A stretch of 64,000 bases of DNA from Octopus vulgaris (Eukaryota). The translations under genes were made by a program, and so were the position numbers. Positions within the stretch are counted from its first letter, which is position 1. The number at the start of each line of letters is the position of its first letter. The notes below the pieces were generated by a model. The model was not told the origin of the DNA. It worked only from the letters and a program-made list of their open reading frames with translations, and searched no databases. This document shows, piece after piece, positions 55,553-64,000 of this stretch. The stretch covers positions 73,532,001 to 73,596,000 of the forward strand of contig OX597824.1 in the NCBI GenBank assembly GCA_951406725.2, written 5' to 3'.

Positions 55553-56275
55553 CAGTACTGGTGGTGGGTAGTAGTAGTAGAAGTGGCGGTGGTGGTCATG
55601 GTAGTAGTAGTAGTGGTGGTGGGTGTTGGTGGAAGTAGTAGTAGTAGTGGTGTTGGTGATGGTGGTGGTGTGGGAGTAGTAGTAGTAGTGGTGGTGGTAA
55701 TAGTAGTAGCAGTAGTAGTGTCATTGGTGGTGGTGGTTGTTATTGCTGTTGATGTTATTGTGCAGAGGGTGCTGGTTCCTCTGATTTGCAGATATAGCTA
55801 TGATAGTAGTGGTTGTAGTGGTAGTGGCAGATGTTGCTGAAGTGGTGTTATGAATGTAGTTGTAATAGTAATGGCAGTTGTGGTGGTGGTGGCGGTGGTG
55901 GTAATTGCTGTGTTTGTGATGCTAGTGGTTGCTTTAAAAGTAGCTGGGATAGGAATGAGTGTGGTGGTGGTAGTGGTGGTGGTGGTGGTTGTTGTGGTGG
56001 TGTGGGTGTATAGCGATGGTAATTGTCAAAGAGATGATGATAGTGGAGGTAGTAGTTGAATGGAGTGATTATTGTGGTTGTGATGTTGGTGGTTGTTGTC
56101 GTTGTAGGGGTGGTTGTAGTGATGGTGGCAGTGGTCATGACAGAGGTGGTGGTGGTGGTGGTGGTGGTTGAATAGGTGCTGATAGTAGCTGTGGTGGTGG
56201 TACTGGTACAAAAGTTAATTGCTGTGATTATGAGAATAGTGTTGATTGTAGTAGTAGTAGTAGTAGTAGTAGTTG
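55270..56275. repeat. Degenerate (GTA/GTG/GTT)n trinucleotide region
   Basis: Source of the polyV ORFs. Confidence 0.9.
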
Positions 56276-57040
56276 TATGTATAAAAAATTTATAAATGGA
56301 ATAAATATTTATTTAGGAATGACATATTTATTCAGTCTTAATACATTGTGACAATTTCAGCGATAAACATCTGATCACAATTGTTTTCCATCATCAGAGG
56401 ATGCTTCCTCTCTTTTTTAAATGATGTGTGTTCATAGCACACATTCACTGGTTCACCAGTGTAAGGAGACTTTGAGACACTGCACTGTTTTGACCTTGTT
56501 GTGTTTCTCCTCGGTCAAAGCTACCCTTATGGTTATATTGATGAATCTGACAAGAGCACAAGCTCTTGCTTACAGGAATCAACTAACAAATTATTTACTG
56601 ATGCATGCTAATGCCTGCCAACCAAATGATAATTCTTGGGTTGTCTGCAAAACAGCACGAATCCAAACAATAATATATCTATTCATTCTTTGACAAAAGA
56701 GACCAATAGAATAAACAAGTATCGTTCAAATGTACAAAAAGCAAAAGACAAAGTGTATTAGTTTGACACTTGGGAACAATGGAAAAGTCTTTGATGTTTC
56801 AAACCTATGTTTTTTTTAACAGAAAGGAATGAGGGATAAAATGGAAAGAGACAAAAAAATAAATAAATAAATAATAAAGGCGCAGGAGTGGTTGTGTGGT
56901 AAGTAGCTTGCTTACGAACCACATGGTTCCGGGTTCAGTCCCACTGCGTGGCACCTTGGGCAAGTGTCTTCTACAATAGCCTGGGGCCGACCAAAGCCTT
57001 GTGAGTAGATTTGGTAGACGGAAACTGAAAGAAGCCTGTC

Positions 57041-57094
<54 letters not shown>

Positions 57095-57658
57095 TTCTTT
57101 GTGTCTGTGTTTGTCCCCCCACCATAGCTTGACAACCGATACTGGTGTGTTTATGTCCCCATAACTTAGCAGTTCGGCAAAAGAGACCAATAGAATGAGT
57201 ACTAGGCTTACAAAGAATAAGTCCTAGGATCGATTTGTTCAACTAAAGGCGGTGCTCCACCATGGCCACAGTCAAATTACTGAAACAAGTAAAGAAAAGA
57301 AAGAAAGAAAAGATGGTGAGTGTGAGAAAAAGAAAACATGCTGGTATTAACAGTTCCACATGTTGCAGACTCAGTTTAAGTACTAGGATTGATTTCTTTC
57401 GACTAAACTCTTCCATGTGGTGCTCCAGTGTGGCCATGGTCCAATGAATGAAACAAGTAACAGATAAAAGATACTGTACACCAACAGCTACTGTTGTAGA
57501 TCTCTGTATATACTGACAACATCCAAATTTTTCCCCATTGAGCTGATTAGTTTTCACTGATGTGATCTAACAAGACTGAAACATGTCTGTTGTTTTTCTG
57601 TCACTCTATCACTACCATAGTGGCCTCTCTGATCAATTTGTCTCTCCTCCCCATGTAC

Positions 57659-57829
57659 CTCTTGTTACATCCAACTCCTCTGTACTCAATCCTCTCTCTT
57701 TATAGAATTGGCCCTCTTTTCTGGCAGCATTGACCTGTATTAGTTTAAACAGTAAAATAATGTCATCAGACTCACTAATCTTAAAGCGTCTATACAGGTC
57801 ATCGGCGTTGTTCCTTCCTCCACACTCAA
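57659..57829 (-). CDS. Candidate phase 1-1 exon of an unknown antisense gene
   Basis: polyT-CTTTAG acceptor, 171 nt open (ECGGRNNADDLYRRFKISESDDIILLFKLIQVNAARKEGQFYKERGLSTEELDVTR), G|GTACAT donor; no recognised homology. Confidence 0.3.
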
Positions 57830-58649
57830 CTAAAGAAAAAAAAAAAAAACATGTGGCCGTGTGGTAAGGAGTTTGCTTCCCATCCATATGGTTTTGGTTT
57901 CATTTCTATTCTGTAGCACCTTGAGCGAGTGAGTGTCTTCTGCTATAGATTCGGTCTTGGTTTTGGATTTCGTTGATGGAAACTGAAAAAAGCCCATCAT
58001 ATGTGTGTGTGTGTATGTGTGTTTGTCCCCATCCCATCCTCTTCTTGACAATGGAGTCGGTTTGTTTACGTATCTGTGACTGAGCAGTTTGGCAAAAAAG
58101 ACTGATAGAATAAGTAGCAAGCATTAAAAAATTAAGTACTGGGGATCAATCTGTTCAACTAAAACCCTTCAAGATGATGCCCCAGCATGGCCACACTCCA
58201 AAGTGAGTTACACCATGGTTCCTCTGCTTTGCGGCAGTAGGAAGACAGAATGAGAGAAAGTTATGGTGAAAGAGTACAGCAGGGTTCACCTCCGTTGGAG
58301 CCTCATGGAGATTGTTTTTTTGCTCAATAAACACTCACAATGCCCGGTCTGGGAATCGAAATCACGTTCTTACGACTGCAGGTCCGCTGCCCTAACCACT
58401 GGGCCATTGCACCTCCACTGTTGTTGTTGTTGTTGTTGTGGCCGGCTTCAGTGTTTGTGAGTGCGTACAAACCTACTTGTATATATGTATATGTGTCCAT
58501 TTAGAGAGAGAGAGAGAGAGAGATGCAAGTGCACACACACACACACACACACTGTCAAGAAGCAAGGTGGGTACCGCAGAAGCAGTGGAGGCTGTAGAAG
58601 AGGTTAAAAAGTCAAGAGCTGCTCAATTAGATGTAATACAACCAGGGCA

Positions 58650-58705
<56 letters not shown>

Positions 58706-58753
58706 CTCACTAAACACACACACACACATACTCCCACATAATTACACTCTCCC

Positions 58754-58795
<42 letters not shown>

Positions 58796-59132
58796 TAAGA
58801 CACCCTTATGCTCACAGATATGAATCAAACAGTACTATTAGCAATTTCCTTAAAGATTTCTCATTATTATATAGTTTTAGTTGCTTTATTTATCCTGCTG
58901 GAATTGAAATGATGTTTGTTGTTGTTGTTGTTGTTGATGATGATGTTGTGGTAGCTTTTGTTGTTGTTGTTGTTGTTGTTGTTGCTACTTTGAACTGTTG
59001 CTGCTGCTGCTGCTTTTGTTGTTACGGCCTTGGCTTTTCCTGTTAACCATGTTCCTGTTGCGATTGTTGATCGGCTCCGCTCTGTTTGAGCCGACATTAG
59101 ATTATACAATAACAATGGCAAGAAGAAGAACA

Positions 59133-59214
59133 GTTACTACTACTACTACTACTACTACCACTACTACCACTACCACCACTACTATTACCACCGGCACCAC
59201 CACTGCTGCTGCTG

Positions 59215-59255
<41 letters not shown>

Positions 59256-59280
59256 GCTACTACTACTACTACTACTACTG

Positions 59281-59315
<35 letters not shown>

Positions 59316-59385
59316 GGCACCACCACCACTGCTGCTGCTGCTACTACCACCGGCACCAGCACCACTACTGCTGCTGCTGCTGCTG

Positions 59386-59417
<32 letters not shown>

Positions 59418-59522
59418 GCTACTGCTACTACTACCACTGGCACCACCACTGCCACTATTGCTGCTACCCTCACTGTCACTACAAACACCACCACCACCAC
59501 CACCACCACCACTACTACTACT
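59133..59522. repeat. (ACT/ACC/GCT)n trinucleotide tract
   Basis: Source of the polyT/polyV ORFs. Confidence 0.92.
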
Positions 59523-59951
59523 CCTAATGCAGTTGTGGTGTTACTAGAAATAACAGCCAAATCGCTCTCAAATTGTACCCTGTGATCTTAATAAGTAAAG
59601 GAGAAAAGATGTATCAGATAATGTCCAAGGTATACAATGTCTGTAAAAAAAAACGTCTTGATGGTCACGTTTGGAATGGCTGTACTCATAGGTCCACCTA
59701 ATCAGGGTTGATCTGGAGCTAAACAGCCTACAACTGAACTGCTGCACAGTTACTTCAGCTGCTAGAAATAGCAGCCAAGTCCCGCTTAAATCACACCTTG
59801 TCATCTTAAAAAACTGAAGGATACATTGTTTAATGTGTTCTATGATACATTATGTTTGAGGAAGTATGAAATGGTTATGGCTGGAATATTTTGATTATAG
59901 GTTTGCTTGCATCAGCATTGACATACTGTTAACAACACAAACAACAGCAAT

Positions 59952-59986
<35 letters not shown>

Positions 59987-60414
59987 TGATAGCCATAATC
60001 ATAATAATTACAATATTATTTAGAATTAAATCATTATTATCAATTTCATCATTATTGTTATTACATCATTATCCTGATTATCTGATTGTTAACATCAATA
60101 TTGTCATCATCATCACCATCATGGCACATCGTTTTATCATACTTAACATCATCATCATCATCATCCACACTACATCTAGCACTACCTCCTCTGCTACCAC
60201 CACTACCACCACCACCATCACTATTGTTGTTGTTTTCTTGGAGTTTTTGTTATATTATTCGCTTGATGTGTTTGGAATATTCTATCCTTGGTTTGTGGCT
60301 GTTTTCATACTTTTTGTGGTGGTGGTCATTGGCATCATAATGGTTGTGGTAGTAATGGTGGTAATAGTGTTGGGCAAAATCCTAATGCTCTTCATAATAT
60401 CAATTCTTGCATCA

Positions 60415-60460
<46 letters not shown>

Positions 60461-60461
60461 A

Positions 60462-60776
60462 TATGTAGAAAAATACAAACTGGGACAAGAACGTAAAACA
60501 TTTAGAAGACGATACAAAAAACACGGACGGGACATTCGAAGCCAAGTCCCTGTTTCGTATACATTCAATCCTTCTTCCAAGAAATCTAATGCTCGTAGAT
60601 TAGTTTTTCCTTGGGGCTGGCCAGATCGGAGCGATCTCAAGATTAATCAGCCGAAATTACTAGGATGATCCGGTTCTTGACTGAAGATTGAAGGCTTCGA
60701 ATGTCCCGTCCATGTTTTTTGTATCGTCTTCTAAATGTTTTACGTTCTTGTCCCAGTTTGTATTTTTCTACATATA
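60462..60776. mobile_element. Penelope-like remnant with an ~82-bp inverted repeat (related non-inverted copy near 25460-25830)
   Basis: Arms 60462-60543 and 60693-60776; shares TCTCAAGATTAATCAGCCGAAATT..GACTGAAGA..GGCTTCGAATG with 25650-25725. Confidence 0.6.
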
Positions 60777-60830
60777 ATAATATATATAGTGGCGTCCGTA
60801 CCCTCGTTGGCCTTATGTAAGTACATATTC

Positions 60831-60875
<45 letters not shown>

Positions 60876-61661
60876 ATCCAAACATGAAAATACAAAGAGA
60901 AAACACAACAACGCAAGGACGTGGAACAAGTATAGTATTATTGGACGCTCAGGAAAGAAGGAGAGTTTAACATTTTGAGCGGAACTCTTCATCAGAAACA
61001 TAGGAAAAGGAAAGATCCAAAGAAGGAGAGACGGAGGAAAAAAAAAATCGCCAACGGTACACATGCGGTCAATATATTATTATTATTATTATTAATTGGG
61101 AATATAAACGGTAAATATGGGATTCAGAATAGATATACTTAGTATAAGATTTCAGATTTAACATTTTATTGAGTGGTTGGGTCGTGGTTCATTTCACATT
61201 GTTCTGCAATCATTTCGATATCTGACATGTGACACCAATTGCACCTGTACAGGTAATGTTGATCTGATGGAGGGAGTAAGCTTATGTCTACACAAACATT
61301 TGATCACTATAAACAAATCATCTGTGTGGTTGTTCAGTATGAAATTGTCAAACCCTCATACGTCATCTAACAACGGGAGAGTCCATTTTATATATATTAT
61401 ATATATATATATATATGTGGAGGTGCAATGGCCCAGTGGTTAGGGCAGCGGACTCGCGGTCGTAGGATCGCGGTTTCGATTCCCAGACCGGGCGTTGTGT
61501 GTGTTTATTGAGCGAAAACACCTAAAAGCTCCACGAGGCTCCGGCAGGGTGTGGTGATCCCTGCTGTACTCTTTCACCACTCTTTCTCCCACTCTTTCTT
61601 CTGTTGGCTTGCTCGCTTAGCCAGCGGGGTGGCGTCATTCGAAGGCTAAAACAATGTGAAA

Positions 61662-61699
<38 letters not shown>

Positions 61700-61763
61700 G
61701 ACTGCATGTGTGTCTTTGGCAATTTTCTCCGTCTTCCCTTCCTTAGACCTTTCCTTTTTCTAT

Positions 61764-61798
61764 GTTTCTGACGAAGAGCTCTGCTCGAAATGTTAAAT
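61764..61798 (+). ncRNA. Minimal type I hammerhead ribozyme motif with intact catalytic core
   Basis: GTTT CTGACGA A GAGC TCT GCTC GAAA TG TT AAAT: CUGANGA and GAAA cores, 4-bp stem II, stem I GUUU/AAAU, vestigial stem III (ACGU palindrome in sibling copies). Confidence 0.65.
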
Positions 61799-61923
61799 CC
61801 TCCTTCTTTCTTTCCTTTCCTGAGCATCCAATAACACTATTCTTGTTCCTCGCGTTGTGTTTTCTCTTTGTTCATGTTTGGATTAACTATATATATATAT
61901 ACACATACATCTATATACATACA

Positions 61924-61953
<30 letters not shown>

Positions 61954-61954
<1 letters not shown>

Positions 61955-64000
61955 CATCATCATCATCATCATCGTTTAACGTCCGTTCTCCATGCTAGCA
62001 TGGGTTGGACGGTTCGACCGGGGATCTGGGAAGCCAGAAGGCTGCACCAGGCTCCAGTCTTATCTGGTAATGTTTCTACAGCTGGATGCCCTTCCTAACG
62101 CCAACAACTCCGTGAGTGTAGTGGGTGCTTTTTACGTGCTACCTGCACAGGTGCCAGGCGAGGCTGGCAACGGCCACGGTCGGTTTGGTGCATTTTATGT
62201 GCCACCGGCACGGAAGCCAGTCGAGGCGACGCTGGCATCGGCCATGAGACGGATAGTGCTTTTTACGTACCACCAGTCCAGGGGTCCTGGCTGGTTCAAT
62301 TCGATTTCGATTTCCCCAACATGTCTTCGCAAACAAAGGGGGTTGGCATGGGTGCCTGTCGTCGGATGAGGTTCTATATCGACTTCGCTTGCCTCAACAG
62401 GTCTTTGTGTCCAAGGGAGGAAAGGCATGCATAAGTGGGCTGGGCTCACTTGTCCTGCCTGGTCTTCTCACGTACAGCATATTTCCAAAGGTCTCGGTCG
62501 CTGGTCATTTCCTCAGTGAGGCCTAAAGTTTGAAGGTCGTGCTTCACCACCTCGTCCCAGGTTTTCCTGGGTCTACCTCTTCCACGGGTTCCCTCAACTG
62601 CTAGGGATTGGCACTTTCTCACACACCTATCTTCATCCATTCTCGCCACATGACCATACCAGCGCAATCGTCTTTCTTGCACACCACAACTGATGCTTCT
62701 TAGGTACAACATTTCTCTCAAGGTACTAACGCTCTGTTGAGTATGTACACTGACTTTACACATCCATCGGAGCATACTGGCTTCATTCCTCACGAGCTTA
62801 CGCATGTCCTCAGCAGTCACGGCCCATGTTTCACTGCCATGTAGCATGGCTGTTTGTACACATGCATCATACAGTCTGCCTATTACTCTGAGTGAGAGGC
62901 CTTTAGTCACCAGCAGAGGTAAGAGCTCCCTAAACTTTGCCCAGGCTATTCTTATTCTTTCAGCGCACCCACCCCCACTACTGACTTGGTCATCTAGATA
63001 ACGGAAGCTATCAACTACTTCTAGTTTTCCCCCTGGAAAGTGACGGAAGTTGTTTTCTGCAGATTTTCGGAGGTTAATGCTCCCGAGCATCTGCCACATA
63101 CAAAAACTATCTTCCCAGTTAGCCTACCTTTGACATTGCTGCACCTCTTATGTGTCCATAGCTTACACTGGGTACATCTTATAGAGTTTCTACTTACACC
63201 TTTTCTACAGATTGTGCAGGGTCATCTTCCTGAAGATATTTGTGGATTGTCTACCTTCCTACTTATTAGTACTTTGGTTTTAGCTAGGTTGACTCTAAGG
63301 CCCCTCGATTCTAAACCCTCCTTCCACACCTGGAACTTCTCCTCCAGTTCTGATAGTGACTCAGCAATTAGAGCAAGGTCGTCAGCATCGAGGAGCTCCC
63401 AGGGTCAACCTGTCTTGAATTCCTCCGTAATTGCCTGGAGGGCTATGATAAATAGGAGGGGGCTGAGTACTGAACCCTGGTGGACCCCAACCTCTACTTT
63501 GAATTCTTCTGTGTACATGTTGCCAACCCTAACCTTACTTACGGCATCTCTGTACATGGCTTGCACAGCCCTCACCAGCCATTCATCTATCCCTAGTTTC
63601 CTCATTGACCACCAGATAAGGGATCGGGGGACCCTATCAAAGGCTTTCTCCATGTCAACAAAAGCCAGGTACAGGGGCTTATCTTTGGCTTGGTATTTCT
63701 CCTGCAGCTGCCTTACCAGGAATATAGCATCAGTGGTACTTTTCCCTGGCACGAACCCAAACTGCATCTCATCTAAACTAACTCTCTCTCTAATTAGTTG
63801 GGCTATGACCCTCTCCGTAACCTTCATTACCTGATCCAACAGCTTGATACCTCTGTAATTATTTGTATCTAGGGCATCACCTTTACCTTTGTAGCAGTTG
63901 ACTAGTATGCTGCTACACCAGTCATTGGGTATGACTCCTTCATGTATCACCTGGTTGACTATACGGGTGACTAGGTTATAGCCGACACTGCCAGATATTT
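61954..64000 (-). mobile_element. RTE-clade LINE continuing beyond the window (RT domain and 3' UTR)
   Basis: NYRGIKLL, QFGFVPGKSTTDAIF, FVDMEKAFDRV, GVHQGSVLSPLLF, DADDL, LHGSETW; frameshifted; (CAT)n tail. Confidence 0.95.

Noticed and set aside
58998-59585. Signal-peptide plus Thr-rich mucin-like ORF
   Set aside because: Made of trinucleotide microsatellites, starts at a non-ATG codon, and has no splice or homology support.
61417-61495. tRNA gene
   Set aside because: It is the tRNA-derived head of multicopy SINE C and continues into the SINE body.

Overview
AT-rich, microsatellite- and retroposon-saturated animal DNA. The SINE and LINE families and the (TA)n/(CA)n density point to an octopus (coleoid cephalopod) genome; this is inferred from recalled repeat sequences. 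The only host exon I recognise is a 139-nt + strand exon (27385-27523) matching exon 2 of protein kinase D (PRKD), so most of the window is probably two very long PRKD introns. They contain tRNA-derived SINEs with interchangeable heads and tails, several RTE-clade LINE fragments, an R4/Dong-type fragment, a decayed Gypsy element, and Helitron, piggyBac-, Tigger- and mariner-type relics. Most ORFs in the track are microsatellite or SINE artefacts. The most notable observations are: (1) dispersed short elements in (TA)n tracts carrying minimal hammerhead-ribozyme cores and long inverted repeats (Penelope-like or retrozyme-like); (2) a full-length U6 snRNA copy fused to the 5' end of a SINE; (3) a 5'-inverted RTE insertion with a TSD; (4) two possible antisense phase-1 exons. 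Coordinates were counted by eye and repeat boundaries are approximate.
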